The notes beneath the pieces were generated by a model, which was not told where the DNA came from, ran no database searches, and saw only the letters and a list, made by a program, of their open reading frames with translations. A DNA stretch of 63,432 nt, the filler included, from Reticulomyxa filosa (Eukaryota; Protista; Foraminifera): NCBI GenBank assembly GCA_000512085.1. It is 13 parts of 13 records of this genome, joined end to end, with 100 filler letters (N's around TTAATTAATTAA, not from the genome) between each part and the next. Parts side by side here need not be neighbours in the genome. Positions count along the whole stretch, not along the records: positions 11,160 to 22,310 come from ASPP01006253.1; positions 22,411 to 23,844 come from ASPP01004152.1; positions 23,945 to 31,003 come from ASPP01024377.1; 10 more parts are not named here. One strand, written 5' to 3'. Below are positions 13,002-26,916 of the stretch, one piece after another; the first letter of the stretch is position 1, and each line of letters starts with the position of its first letter. The position numbers and the translations under genes are program-made.

Positions 13002-13567
13002 ATTATACAATTTTTTTCTCCCAATTTTTAACTTTTTCTCCATATATGGTGGTCGTTTGTTAACAAAAAAAAAAAGTCTGTTCTGTACTTTTTTTTTTGG
13101 CGTGTCTTTGTTCGTGTGATTTTTGTTTCGTTTTGTTTTGTCCTTTTGGATGGAAGATGTTTCGAAGTGGTGAAAAACAGTTCCAAAGAAATAAACGAAA
13201 TTCTGGATTTTTCAACACTTTGAAATTTTCACTTTCTGACATTATCTACATTGAGTGGATGTTGTCTTCGTAACTCATCGCCACAGAAACAGTGAAAACT
13301 ATACAAAATTAATTCATTCGTCCAAGTGAAACGAAATTCAGTCTTAACACATTCCAAGATATTTATATAAAAAAAGAAATAACTTTGCAAAAAACAAAAA
13401 GTTCAATTATTGGAAACTTTTTAAGCAAAATTCAATATCAAAGTTTACAAACACACCAAAAAAGCTTGTATCTCAACAAAGCTGTGAGAGGGGCAAAGAC
13501 GAACTTTAGGCTTTACTTTTTTTAATTTTGTGACTTGTTATTTGTGAACAATAGCTTTATTATTCTA

Positions 13568-14886
13568 ATGTCAAAAAGAAAATTTAGAGAGTATGAATTT
13601 CTCAAGTGTTTGATGAACACTAGCCAAGGCGAAATATGGCTGAGTAAAAACACGGTAACCAACGAAATGGTGACAATCAAAACAGCGTTAAAGCCATGCG
13701 TGTTAAAAGGAATATCAACTTCGAATGGCAAAGTGCACGAAGATTTCAAGAACGAGTGCAACGTGGTTAATACGTTGACAGACCGAGTAAAAGAGGACAT
13801 AAAAAGTGGCAAAATGACAGCAAGTGAGAAAGTAGGCTTTATAACTAGCAAAGGCTGTATGGAAGACGACGACTGTTACTATTTGGTAATGGACTATTAC
13901 AGCGATAGCGAGCTGTTCGGCCTGTTTTCATCACGCTTTCCAATGCGAATGAAATCGGGTCAAGCTGAACGGAAGCGATGTATTCAGCATGTGTTCCAGC
14001 AACTGGTAAAAAGTGTGTGTTATTTGCACCGCCATAGCGTTGCCCATCGTAGTCTGTCCATAGAGAGTATTATTATTGTTGATCCGGATTCTTTCTTACT
14101 AAAGCTTGTGGATTTCAGTTTGGCAACAGTGATCGTGGACAAGACAATAAAATTAAAAGGTGCTTTTTTTTTGTTTGTTTTCAATATTGAGGGGTGTATC
14201 TTGCAATGTGTATACGTATTCTCTTTTTTTTTTTTTTTTTTTTGGTTAAAAAAAAATTTTATCCTTGACTTTCGCAAAAAAACTCAAAAATAAATAAATA
14301 AAATAAAGGGAAGATTGGAAGATTATCATACGTGTCACCAGAATGCTATGAGAACAAGGAATATGACGCATTTGCGAATGACATTTGGTGTTTGGGAGTA
14401 GTATTATTTGGGCTGTTTTTTGGGCGCCTTCCGTCCATTCGTGATCGACCAACGCTGCAGCGTATTGTAAACGGAGACTTAGAATTGATCTTGCAAAAAA
14501 GCAATTGCTTGCATTTGATCAATGAGCATGGCTTGGATTGTTTGAACCGGCTGCTAAGATTAGAACACGACCGGATTACGATGGATGAATTATTGAACCA
14601 CCCATTTGTAACAGGTGGTAACCAAGAAGCAATAATTATTAAGGGATTGACGCAATCGAGGGGGCCTGTTGACCATTCCGGGATTCCACTCAATTTAAAC
14701 GGAGACGCAAAGGTGAACCCTTTGTCAACTGAGCGCGGGCAGCTGCTTTTGACACCAAAAGAGGGCAAGACCATGCCACAAGTCCCATGTAGAGCAGAGA
14801 AGGAACAGATGAACTTTTGTAATCGTAAGTCGGATGATGACCCTTCAACGGTCAAGGATGACGTATCCACTAATCCAAGTGATTGA
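13568..14886 (+). CDS. CAMK-like protein kinase fold, probable pseudokinase; intron 14160-14308
   Basis: VTIK, YLVMDYY, YLHRHSVAHRSLSIES, KLVDFSLA, GKIGRLSYVSPE, DIWCLGVVLF, RITMDELLNHPF. Confidence 0.85.
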
Positions 14887-15519
14887 ACTTAGCGTTGCGG
14901 GGGGCATTCATCGTCGGTTAAAAAAACTTCCCGATCCTTAAATTCCGTTGCTAAAGAGATGGATATCCTCTATTTTTAAAATTTTTAAAAGAAAAACTTA
15001 ATTTTTTTTTATGCTGTCTCATCCATTCCAGACCTTGGTTTGATGGTGAGAAAACCTTTTGTGCGTGAAGAACTTAAGTTTTTTGTTAATTACTGTGCCT
15101 TATTATTTTGCCAACTACGATCATTTTTACCTATTTTTTTTCCCTATTTTGAATTGTGCGTTTACGCTATCGCACTGTGTTTGTGACTTACCAACTTCCT
15201 TTAAAAGTGGCTCAGTTAAAGCATCTTCAAATTATTTCAACATTAATCTTCATTTGGAGCCTGTTATTTTATAAATTTTAGCTAAATTCAACAAGGACCT
15301 TGCTGGAAAAAATGCCAATAACCTAAAATAATGTCCAATGAAAACAAAATAAATAAATGGAAACAGTTAATTCAAAAAAAATTGAAAATAACAAAAAAAA
15401 AAGCGCTTGTCAAACACGTGTGACGTTGTTCGAGGGCAAGAAAAAGATTTTTTTTAACTCAATAGTTGCTTCGTCCTTTTGACAATCTTTTTTTTCCCTG
15501 GTATCTTTGCAATCCTAAA

Positions 15520-16228
15520 ATGCAAGCACGAATAAAAAAAGAACTTCAAGATTTTCAAAAAAAGAAAAAAGATGGCGCAGGAGTAGAGGCCGAGATAGTT
15601 GGTAAAGATATGCAACACTGGATAGGACGACTGGTGGGGCCAAAAGATACACCGTACGAAGGTGGAATTTTCACAGTGGATATTCAAATTCCTGACCAAT
15701 ATCCGTTCTCTCCACCAAAATGTACTTTCAATACACGTGTTTGGCACCCCAATATATCATCACAAACCGGTGCAATTTGCTTGGATATTCTGAAAGACCA
15801 ATGGTCTCCGGCAATGACCATACGTACAGTGCTGCTGTCTTTGCAAGCACTTTTATGTACTCCAGAGCCAGATGATCCTCAAGTTTTCTTTCTTTCGTCT
15901 TCACTTTTTAATTATTTGCATTATAATTTTTTTTTTGTCCAAAAGTAAAACTAAATAAAGAATTTAAAATAAAAAAAAATGTAAATGTGTTTTGGAATTA
16001 ATAAAGGACGCACAAGTTGCTAAGCAATATAAATCAAACCCAAAAGAGTTTGCCAAGCAAGCCGCCGAATGGACTAAACAATATGCAAAAGAAGGTTTGA
16101 AAGTTGATGAACAAGAGCAAAAAATCAAAAAAATTATGGAATTAGGGGTCAAAAGAGACATTGCCAGAGCCGAACTAGTTAAACACAACTGGGACACTGA
16201 CGCTGCGGCTGATTCCATTTTAGGATAA
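15520..16228 (+). CDS. UBE2K: Ubiquitin-conjugating enzyme E2-25K/Ubc1 with C-terminal UBA domain; intron 15883-16006
   Basis: RIKKELQD, GPKDTPYEGG, VWHPNISSQTGAICLDILKDQWSPA, PDDPQ|DAQVA, UBA KIMELGV..WDTDAAADSIL. Confidence 0.95.
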
Positions 16229-17441
16229 ACAGGGAAAAAGAAGGGTTTTTTTCTTCTCTTCAACCGATCAATAACTTGCACCAAAAAAAATGTTGATATG
16301 TGATTAGTCAATGGATTAGCAAATTTTTTTTTTCATCTTTTAAATCGAGGAAAATTAAACTAAAAAAGTGCTTTGATTGGTTATTTGTTGGATTACCAAC
16401 TTGTTTAAATCTTGATTGTGTTGAAAAAAAGGGCTTGTTGCCCTTTTTTTGATTTAGCTCTAAAACTGTTCGACATATGCCAAAAGATGTATATAAACTA
16501 TCAATACAAAAAGTTCAAACCGTTTACCTTTTTTCCTCATTAAAAAGTATTCCTTTTTTCGAGCGATTTATAATAACCCCCCAAACATTGCAATATTTCA
16601 AAAGAAAACAAACTGTTTAAAAATCCTGAAAAAACATGTTTAGATCGAGTGTTTGAAAGAGAGCTAAGGTAAACACTGAATTGAAGCCATAAAATAATTC
16701 ATTTCCCCAATGAAAAATCAGAAACTGATCGAGAGTCGTAGTTTTCATATATAATTTTGTTTTATTTTATCTGAAAAATTTATATAATAATTCGAATTCT
16801 CAATAATATTTTCGGTAATTTTTACAATGGTTTGCAGCATATACTTACACGCCGAATAATCGAGAATGGCAACAATCAAGTCAATCAAAATTGCCACTTT
16901 AATTTATCTATAAAACACGTTGTGTGAATTACTGAATGTTATCCTAATGAAAGCATCAATTGCATTTCTTTTCGTGGAAAAAACATGTTGCGTACTTTTT
17001 ATGAACATTCACTTTTTTACATCGATTATTGAAGCAAAGAGGTCAATTATCAATATAGTGTATGTAAAATTTTTGAAACTCAATGTTTGCAGGAACTGTA
17101 ATAAACATTTCTTGGGAACAGACACTTAACACAGCAGATAAATTTAATATGATTACGAAAAAATTTTATTAGCTTCGGATTTTCCTAGGAATTGCAACAT
17201 CACTTTTTTGTTGTTGGATTTTGTGACAAAAACGGATAAGAAAGTGCTAAAAACACAACCTTTCAGCGCTTTTTAGTGTTGTCAAAAATAACGTTTCCCA
17301 AAGGAAAAACATTTAAATAGATCCGTTAAAAAAATATTACAACATCACATTAATAACTGAAATACAGTTATCCAAGACAAAAAAACCAACTTCGCTCATA
17401 GCTAGGCTCGAGTTGTTCTTTCGTCCTTTTTTTACTTTTGA

Positions 17442-17908
17442 TTACGCTTTTTTCAGCAAATTTTGCGTTTCACGTTTTAACACAAATAATAAAGTTTGTG
17501 ACGATTCCAATATCTGTTTTTGCCCAATAAAACACATCACAATTCCAAACGTCAATGCAAAAAATTTTTAAAATTTTAACGAGTAACAAAACTTTTGCGT
17601 GTGCTGATGCTGTTTCTTGGATGGTTCTATCATACTCATTTCGGACTTGTATATTTTGCTGAATTGATCCGTCTAGTTGACGTAATCTCTGTGTAAATGC
17701 ATATATTTCTCTTTGAATCTGGGCTTTCTGTTTTTCTTCTTCCAAAAGCTGTCGATTCACTTGTTCACGCTTCTCGCGTAAGTTTCGGAGACCTGTTTAA
17801 TCAACAAAACCCTCTGAGAAAGCGACATGCTAAAGCCACAAAATTACACAAACATTTGACAAATTCATCATTATAATTCAATTCACTACTTTGTTGAATG
17901 GTATCCAT
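17442..17908 (-). CDS. SSNA1: SSNA1/DIP13/NA14 microtubule-associated coiled-coil protein; introns 17793-17853 and 17514-17592
   Basis: Spliced product MDTIQQSSELNYNDEFVKCLRNLREKREQVNRQLLEEE...[32 protein letters not shown] aligns motif by motif with SSNA1 ([31 protein letters not shown]). Confidence 0.93.
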
Positions 17909-20780
17909 GGCACGCCTCAAAATGATCAGTTGAAAATAAAAAACCAAGCGGAACAAAAACGTCTTGGGTCAGGCCCGAAAGAATGTGAATGAATAAATTA
18001 AATACCTTAATGTAAACATTCCATTTAAAATACTTTTATGGTTTTTTTCAATTTAATTTCAATTGTTTCAAAAAAACAAAAAAACTTTTTTGAAAAATGA
18101 AAAATAAGATAGTGACCGCATTAAGTGATGTTTTTGTTTTTTTTGTTATACGTAAAAAAAATGAATACGTATTTAAAAAGATTCTAGATAATCATAAAAA
18201 AAAAATCGAATTTATTCTTTGTATTGAATACAGAAAGGATTTTTTTAACACACAAAAATATCGGATACTTCTTAGAATTTTAAACCAAAATTGAGTGGAG
18301 CAAAAAATATACAACTCAATACTTTTGATCGATGTAAAAATTTGTGAATGAAATGATTATCGTCCAAAAAATTACTATAAAACAAATTTATTTATTACAA
18401 AAACGCGGAAACTTTTTAAAAGCGTTTTTTAGAAACGACAATTTTAATCCGTACATTGTATTACGAATACAAATATTAATACATTTCCCTTTTGAGTGAT
18501 TATTTAAAAACACAATGACTATAATTCAATTGAAATCTGAAAAACACAGATACAATATTACAATGTGTAGATAAATCTTTTCATAAAAATAAAAAAAAGC
18601 ATAAAATCACAATTGAGTTTATATCATATTCGTTCAAAATGTAAATAGGAAAGCATATTTGCATGTGACCTTAAATTAAAAGCGTAATGCACGAAAAGAA
18701 AAGCGAAACACAGAAATTGGAAATGACGTGTAGTTTCCCAAACACAAATGAGCAAAACAGAAATAGGAAGTTAAAATAACACATTTTCACCACACTTAAA
18801 CGAAAAATTAAAGAAGAAATTTGTTAATTTGATTTTGAGCTTTATGCTTAATTGCAGAAGTGCATATTGACACTGAGTTCACTTTTGTATTGTATACTTA
18901 ATAATTGAAATATAGTTTCTTTAGCTTTGACTTGTTAGTATCTTTCTTTTTTGCTTGCATACTATCAGTTGAATCGAGAATTAATATGACATATGCTTAC
19001 TAACTGAAGAGTTAACACATACATGTTACTTTCTTGACTTATGTGGATCAGTTATGTTCTTGTATGTAAAGCATAAATCAAATAATGTTAAAATTTTGTG
19101 CAGTTGACAATTTTAATGCAATGTTACAGTATATATGAAAAATTTTGAATAAGATTGGACTTCAAGTTCATGATTTAGTTTAGCGCACTTAAGAAGTTTA
19201 GAAATGCATTAAGTGGTGTTATTTATATGTTGTTTGGAACATAAAAGACTAAATGACATTTTATATATGTTAATTATTATTGCTAAGTATGTGTGGACTA
19301 TTTATATATTCATAACTATCATATTGTGGTTATATACTTGTAGGAAGCTTATCTACAGAAGTTGTAGTGTAATACGACAGAAGCTTTTTTGATAGCAGTT
19401 TCCAATAAAACAAAAATGAGTTAAATAAGGAAAACGAAAGAAAGCAACAAAGAAGTGAAAAGAGTTAAGAAGTAATTTAACATACTGGGGACTTCTCAGT
19501 TCGGCTATCTACAGCAGGTGTATAGATAACTAATTAATAGAATGTAAATTATGATAAATTAACTGTAGTATATTGCTTGACGTCGTTATATATGAATAAG
19601 TGAATTGTTCGGTATGTTTCAATTGTTTATATCACAATGATATCTTGCATGAATATATTTATTATTTGTTAATTGTAATGCTAATATTGTTTCAGCGCAT
19701 TTATTTGTTCTTGAATCAAATATACTTGCAAATTAGTTTCTTGTGTCGTAGAATTTATACGAACAAAATAATTGACATTTGATTATTGCAAGCAGAATTA
19801 TCATTATTTGAGCGTTGATAATACACTATATTTTATCAAATTGTTTATACTAATCGACCATTTCATTGTACCTTTGATGATTAATATGATTTAAATATAT
19901 GATCAAAATGCTCACGACATTTGTATTATGGTGATATTTTTGAAATGATTTGGAGATACGTTAAAATATTTGATATACATTTGCATTTTCCAAAATTAAT
20001 TTTAATACATATTATTGTTTAGTGTTACATAGTGCTGTTAATGCAATTACATCTAACGGAACTTTATGAAAGTACAAAAAACTAAAATTTAAACCAAAAT
20101 TAAAAGCTGTTTTTTCGAACAAGAATCTATATTAAGTGCAAAAATTAGTATTCTGGATAAGAATGTAAGTCATAAACTTTAAAAAGAAAATAAATATAAA
20201 CATTAGAATAATAAAATAGAAAAGAAAGTATACAATGGTTCAGCGTGTTGAATGTAATTTTCTGCTTTATTCTTATTTAAAAAACTTGTTTGTAACTCAT
20301 AATTAGATATCTTTTGTCTAGTTGCACAAGCGCTTTTTCTGTATACTATATGTTCGATCATCGTTAAGCTGTTGTTTCTACAGTTTCAATTATATTTAAT
20401 TTTTTCTTGTCACTTTTGTGGGACGTCTGCTGGAAGAAAAGTTGGTGGAGACGCTTAACATACTGGTGGCTCATCAAATCTTTCATAGTTCAGTAATACA
20501 TAGTATGGACTTGTCCTACACTTTCGTTGCCTTCTTTCTAATAAGTAAATGTTCAAGTATTAATAAATTTTTTTAAAGGATAAACTATTGTTTTTATTGT
20601 GGATATGTTAAGTAACGGCGTTGTTTATCTGTGTATTTTTGGATTGCCGTGCAGGCATAAGTAATATAATTGTCCAAATGTTAAAACAGTTGAACGGTCG
20701 ATTTATTATAATGATTGTGTAGTAACGTTTTTTCAAACAACAGGTTGCTCCTTTTTCTAAAAAACATTATAAATATATAA

Positions 20781-22280
20781 ATGACAACAAGTGCCCAACA
20801 AAAATATACAGTACCGGTGACAATATTTGGAATACTGACGACACTGTTATCTTGGTCGATATTAATAAAAATATTATACAATTACTATGACACTCAATGG
20901 TACCGACGAAAGCAACAAAGAGCGCATGTTTCCCCGGTAGTATATTGGATAATATCGTTTACGATCTTTTGTTTCACGTGCAGTACGACAGTAATGGCAA
21001 TTATGTGTATTGTGTACGTGTTCGACAAAGCAAGATACACGTACGCGTTTTGGCGAATAAGTGCAGGGATATTTGTAATATTTTTCGGAGGTGGGAAAAT
21101 GGTATTGTATATATCATTATGGATGCGATTGTATTATATTGTCCAACATAATGTATTATTTAACGCAGATTATTTTCTATCAAAGTCAACGATGATGATA
21201 TTATTTTCATTGTTTTTGTTGTGTTTGTTCGGATATCTCTATATGATCAGTGATCCATTGTATGGAGTTATTGTGGGCTTTGTCTTTGACCTATTGTTTT
21301 GCTTAAGTGTTGTCATTGTATTTTGCAAAGTGTTACTTCAATTGGTCTATGAGCATAGAACCGTTACTACGTATACTGATTCAACTTTTTCTACTCACTC
21401 TCGTCAAAGGTTTTTACTTGTTTTGTTTTTTTCTTCCTTCCCCCCTCCTCTCTCTCTCCTTTCTTATCTTTATCTCTATATGCACTCGTGTGTGTGTGTG
21501 TGTGTGTGTGTGTGCGTACTTAGAATTTTGTTGTTGTTGTTGTAAATGTATATTTACAAATGAAAACAACGACCTTGCTTGTTCGTCTCTTCTCTTCTCC
21601 CTCGATGTATACAGTAGTCGTTCGACAACAAACAATGAACAAGCACCAAAACAAGAAGCAAGTGAAGTGATGAGAACGAGTGCCGAGACCAAGCCTAATG
21701 ACACAACCGATGAGCATTCCGAGCATCGCCATTCCTCACTTCTCAATGACCTACCTTTGCAAAGGCTGTCCACTGATTCATTTGCTGCTTTTGACGATCA
21801 GCATATCAATGTTTAACTTATCCAAATACATTTATATATGTATATATGCATATATGTAAAATGAAGCTATACGTAATGCATACCCCCTCCAATAGTCGCA
21901 ACAAAGACGGACGACGCAGATATTTACATTTGAGACAGTGCAGTGCGGACAAGATAAGGAGAGGACGATAGAAAACGAGGAGGGTAAAACCAACACCTTG
22001 CCGGAGAGGGAGGGTGGGACGGAAGTGGAACCGGAGTCGGCAATGAAGTGCAGCCATCAAAGGTCGATTAGTTACAGTGAGGTCAATCCAAGCCGTTCTC
22101 GTTCGACAAATGCCTCGATTTATCCGAGTCATCAAAATCGACGTGCGAAAACTATCCGTTTCAGTTATCGCAATAGCAATGGCCAGATCATCACTGTTTT
22201 GCCTAAGCAAGTGTCACGTTGCAAAAAAGAGACACTTTTGACCAATCAGCAAATGGAATTAGTGCAAGCTATGGCAAAGT
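20781..22280 (+). CDS. Multi-pass membrane protein (GPCR-like: 5 TM then long cytoplasmic loop), 3'-truncated
   Basis: About five hydrophobic helices in 20781-21400, then hydrophilic Ser/Thr-rich exons separated by microsatellite introns. Confidence 0.55.
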
Positions 22281-23944
22281 TCCTTTTTTTTTTTTTTTTT
22301 TTTTTTTTTTNNNNNNNNNNNNNNNNNNNNNNNNNNNNNNNNNNNNNNNNNNNNTTAATTAATTAANNNNNNNNNNNNNNNNNNNNNNNNNNNNNNNNNN
22401 NNNNNNNNNNTTTAATCAAATAATGCAAAAATGAATAGTTCGGTTTTGAGTTCAATCATAGAAGTATATATTCATTTGATTTTTTTATATTCTCTTACAA
22501 AACAATTTGACAAATTGATTAAATATCCTTAAATATTAGAAAAAAGGTGATTGGAAATGTGGGTTATTCTGTTGGTAAAGCAGCTTCTGCTTTGGCATTT
22601 TTGTTTGAAACAAAAATAATTTGAAAATGCACTCACGTATTTGAAAGAATTATGGAGAATAGAGAGTGGAACAAAGAAACTTTAATGTTCAAAGGAAAAA
22701 ATTAAAGAACTGAGTGCACTTTCCAAAAGTTTATGGTATATGTTTTGCTCAATGCACATTTGAATTTCTCAAAAACACAAGTTTTTTTATTTCTTATTGT
22801 TGATTTTTTGTTAAATGAATCAAGGGAATGCAAAAATTTGATATTTTTTTTTTTTGCAATGACAATAAGTCATTTTAATTAGATAGTTTCTTTTTTAAAA
22901 TCCTTATAGAAACACTTTTGGAAAAAATAGAAAAACAACCAATTAATATAATTGAAAACAAAATATATCATTTCTACAATTTTTTTGTGATTGAACAAAC
23001 TCACATCTTTTGAATAAAATTAGAACAAAAATCAAAGTTTTCGTTCACTTATTTTGTTTGATATAGGGATAGCCCCCTTTGGGTAATGTCCGAAATGACT
23101 TGTAGAGGAAATTTTGAGATCTCAGCACAGAGAACAAAGGATCTCATTGTGTTGGAGGTTCGTGATTTTAGATATGAAGAAATCTTTGAAAACACATCTA
23201 TGTGCTGTTACAAACGTCGGTCAAGTAAGAAAAGAAAGATATTACTTAAGATACGAGAAATTGAAGAAAGAATTGCCACAGTTATTACATTGCGTATACA
23301 GTTATAATTGGTGTCAACTGGAATGTAAGAATAATTTCTGTAATTGTCAATTCTATGTTGAGTAATCATATGTATTCTTGATTCAGTTATTTAAAATTTT
23401 TTGTATATTTGTATCATAAAATAATCTTTCTACAAAATTACTACAATAAAATATAGGTACAATTTATTCAATATCTTGCACTCCGAATGACCTCCATCTT
23501 ATAATTACCACAAACACAACAATTACAAAGTTTGGCTCAATACAAATAAACAGTATATCATTTGTAGCCATTCAAAGTTAAGATTTTGTAAATATGTTAT
23601 CTTTTTATTTGATAGATTACCAACTGAAATCAAATTTAGTTTCACCAACATGGACTTTCGAATACCACAAAATTAGAAATATTATTTATAAAAAATTAAA
23701 ATCTGAACTCCTTTGACATTACTGAAGCATCAATTAAATCAATTGGTGTAAAATCGTGATTACATTGACTAACAACTCAGCAAAATTCGATTATCAATCG
23801 TATGAAAAATTAAAGAAACTTATTTTTCACTTTTAAAATTTTTCNNNNNNNNNNNNNNNNNNNNNNNNNNNNNNNNNNNNNNNNNNNNTTAATTAATTAA
23901 NNNNNNNNNNNNNNNNNNNNNNNNNNNNNNNNNNNNNNNNNNNN

Positions 23945-23979
<35 letters not shown>

Positions 23980-24027
23980 AAATCAAAATGCAATGAACCA
24001 AGAGTAGCAACCATGAGTTTTGCCCCA

Positions 24028-24978
24028 CTAGCGTGCGCACGGTAAGAAGTTTTTAAATTTGGGCCAAATGGTATAGGTGTAGATAATACTATTACCAAAG
24101 CCATACAAAGCAGCCAAGAAGACCCTCAAGCAGACGATCCAGAACGGAGCGTCATGTCCGGAAAAGTTCCAGAACCTGCGTAAAGTGGGGAAAAAAAAGC
24201 AAACGAACAAAACAGAAGGGTAGAAGAACATTCTTCTGACCATATGTAACATGCGCTTTCGCATTTTACGTTGTTCATCGATGTCATAGTTGTCGGTGAT
24301 AGGGGCACGCAGGTCATTTAATTGGCTCGAATTGAGCGTGGCGTCGGGTTCGTCACTTACATGGGAGCTCTTGAGTTGCAATTTATTTAATTGAAGATCG
24401 GTAAGTTTGGAATACAGACGACAATAAAGTATTACTGTCCCTAACATGACAAGCCACAGCCAACCGTAAAAACATAAAAATGCCCACACTTGCGATATGC
24501 TTTCATGTCCGATAAAACACCATCCTCCTGTGTCCTCATAGGAATCGGTCGTCAATGGCAATATTGCCAATATCAATGCAAATGGCCAAATCATCCAATG
24601 GGCTCGTCTTTTCAATTTCTCCACCGTCACTGTATCCCAACGCCCTTTTTCAAATACTATACCATACATTATCACCGAAATAAATCCTATCCAAAAAAAT
24701 GATGCCACGCCACCAAATTCACTTAGAAACCCCTGCGCTTTGCATGCGTTCCCGTCCGATAAATTACCCCACAAATTGCCGAAAGACCGGATTATATCCG
24801 CTATTGACACGTAAAACAACAGCTGAAACGCTAGCTTTTGCAACGACTGGTTCCACAAGTACGTCGTCATGATAAACAGAGAACCCAGAAAAGAGAGTGC
24901 CGAGCCGCTCACATTTAATGCTGTCAAAATCACTTGCTCATGAGAAGAAAAGCTCCAGCTCAAACCCAAGTTTACCAT
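24028..24978 (-). CDS. cAMP-receptor-like GPCR (Dictyostelium CAR/Crl, plant GCR1 family)
   Basis: Seven TM segments; LSFLGSLFIM, LLFYVSIAD, CKAQGFL..ASFFW, YEDTGGWCFI, RMFFYP, YGFGNSIIY. Confidence 0.9.
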   Translation of the reverse strand: MVNLGLSWSFSSHEQVILTALNVSGSALSFLGSLFIMTTYLWNQSLQKLAFQLLFYVSIADIIRSFGNLWGNLSDGNACKAQGFLSEFGGVASFFWIGFISVIMYGIVFEKGRWDTVTVEKLKRRAHWMIWPFALILAILPLTTDSYEDTGGWCFIGHESISQVWAFLCFYGWLWLVMLGTVILYCRLYSKLTDLQLNKLQLKSSHVSDEPDATLNSSQLNDLRAPITDNYDIDEQRKMRKRMLHMVRRMFFYPSVLFVCFFFPTLRRFWNFSGHDAPFWIVCLRVFLAALYGFGNSIIYTYTIWPKFKNFLPCAR

Positions 24979-25844
24979 TTTATACGGCAGCCAAGTCCAA
25001 AAAAAAAACGCGTAAAGCCCAAAGTTTCCTTAGAAAAAGAACTCGTAAGTTGTTTTCCAGCACAATAAAATATCTCACTTTTTCAATACAATTGTATACA
25101 GTATCTAAAGAATGAAAAAATGAAACATAATATACAAAGATTGCGCAAAGGACGTTAACAACAGTGTTGAATTAACGTGAATATATCATACATTTATCAA
25201 TACTCACAACGTAGCAAACAGGTCAAACATGTAAAAAAAATGAAGAAAGTGATAAGATTTCACTGATTTAAAATGATTCAGTGGACATTAAAATTCAAAT
25301 GAAAAAATATATTGTCGTATTACATTTACTAATTTGCATCAGTACTTATTGCAATATTAAGTAATAACTAGTTAAAAAATTATTTAAAATTTGAGAAAAA
25401 ATTACAATGAATTATGACAAGCACTGGCTGAGTCAATACTGAGAACACCATCAATTGAAGCAACTGAAACACTACAAAGTATGACGTAATATTTCTTAAA
25501 CTACTAACTTTAAAAACTAATTTCTAATTACATAAATAAAAAATTTATAAGTTAAAAAATATTTTTCAAAAATTACGAAATATATAATACTAACTTTTTA
25601 AAAGTATTTAAGCGATGTGAGTATCAATAAAAAGAACAAAAAATTTGAAGTTTCATGATGAATTTTATATCCCTTTTTTAAAACAGTTGTTGACCTGTTT
25701 GTGCTAAGTATGTTAATAGTTGGGATTTACGTTATTATCTTCTTCAATTTCGTTCCAGCAAAGTCAAATCTATTATTCTTTCAATATTTTTTTTAAAAGT
25801 CTAAAGTTTGGAGTTCTGTTAAGATGTTACCTTAAATAGGTTAA

Positions 25845-26660
25845 GGAGGAACCATGATGACTTGGTGATGCATGGGGGCAAAATGGGTCAGTTGTGCTGC
25901 CAAAATCACATAAACTGTTAACTCTAAGTTATATAAAGAGATTCTAGATGATGAAATATGGAACTCCAGTCAATATTGTATCGAAGAAAAGTATCATGAT
26001 GACTTTATCTTTCAGCAAGACAATGTATCTTGTCACAAGCCAAATTCAACTATGGAATTTTTGTAGAATAATCAAATAGCGCTATTAGAACATCCTATGC
26101 ATAGCAAAGACATTAATCTAGAATCTGTTGCAAATTATAAAGATGAAGACCCACCAAAACTATGAGGTTAAATCTTTGGAGTAGCTTTGGGAGGTGTTTG
26201 AGAAAGGATGTGAAGATATCGACAAAGATATTTGTAGAACATTAGTGGAATCTATGCCTGATATGATAAAAGCTTTAATCAAAACAAGTGGTGTGCATAC
26301 AAAATATTAAGAATTTTTGTTGGTGTTTTTTGTTTGTTTTTATTTTTTTGTAACGGTAGTTATTGTATATATACTGTGGAAGCCTATTATTGTAAATAAT
26401 TTTGTAAAAAGCAAATACATTCTACTACCTACCCCAAGGTGATGTGGATATTGTGCCTCAATTAAAATCATTTTTGAAAATTTTTTTCTTCAAACAACTT
26501 TTCTAAATTTTTGTTTATTGTTCTTTACAAAATACTTAAAAGTTTAAACGTATTCCAGTAAACCAGAAAAAATGATCACAATTTGCTACTAAAATTTTTG
26601 TTAAAAACACAAAAAGTTCATATTTTAGGGTTGTCTAATTTTTTTTTGTCGCAAAATGTA
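25845..26660 (+). mobile_element. Degenerate Tc1/mariner (DD34E-type) transposon relic, 3' half
   Basis: MMTW*CMG (VMVWGC-like), FIFQQDNVSCHK, HPMHSKDIN (WPxxSPDLN-like), and C-terminus LVESMPDMIKALIKTSGVHTKY* ending 26310, with stops and frameshifts. Possible right end ..ttttgtcgcaaaatgTA at ~26660. Confidence 0.85.
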
Positions 26661-26916
26661 CAAGCTTCACGAACGTACAGTAGTTAGCAAAAAATGTAGT
26701 AAACCTAAAATGCTACTTTATGAAGATATTGATTTTCTCCATGAAAAACCAACATTTGTATATATTTTTAAAAAATAGTATTAATTGTTTAAGTTTTTAA
26801 ATATGATATTAACTTTTAAATGAAATCATTAAAGTTAAAAAATTTTATTCAATATTTTTTGAACGGTTAACTTTCATTTTGTGTATATAATAAATTGTAT
26901 TTATTTTGGAATTAAT

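Noticed and set aside
18000-20700. Short ORFs in very AT-rich intergenic DNA (also 22411-23844, 27800-29100)
   Set aside because: No motifs or coding bias I can support; at most unrecognisable pseudogene debris.
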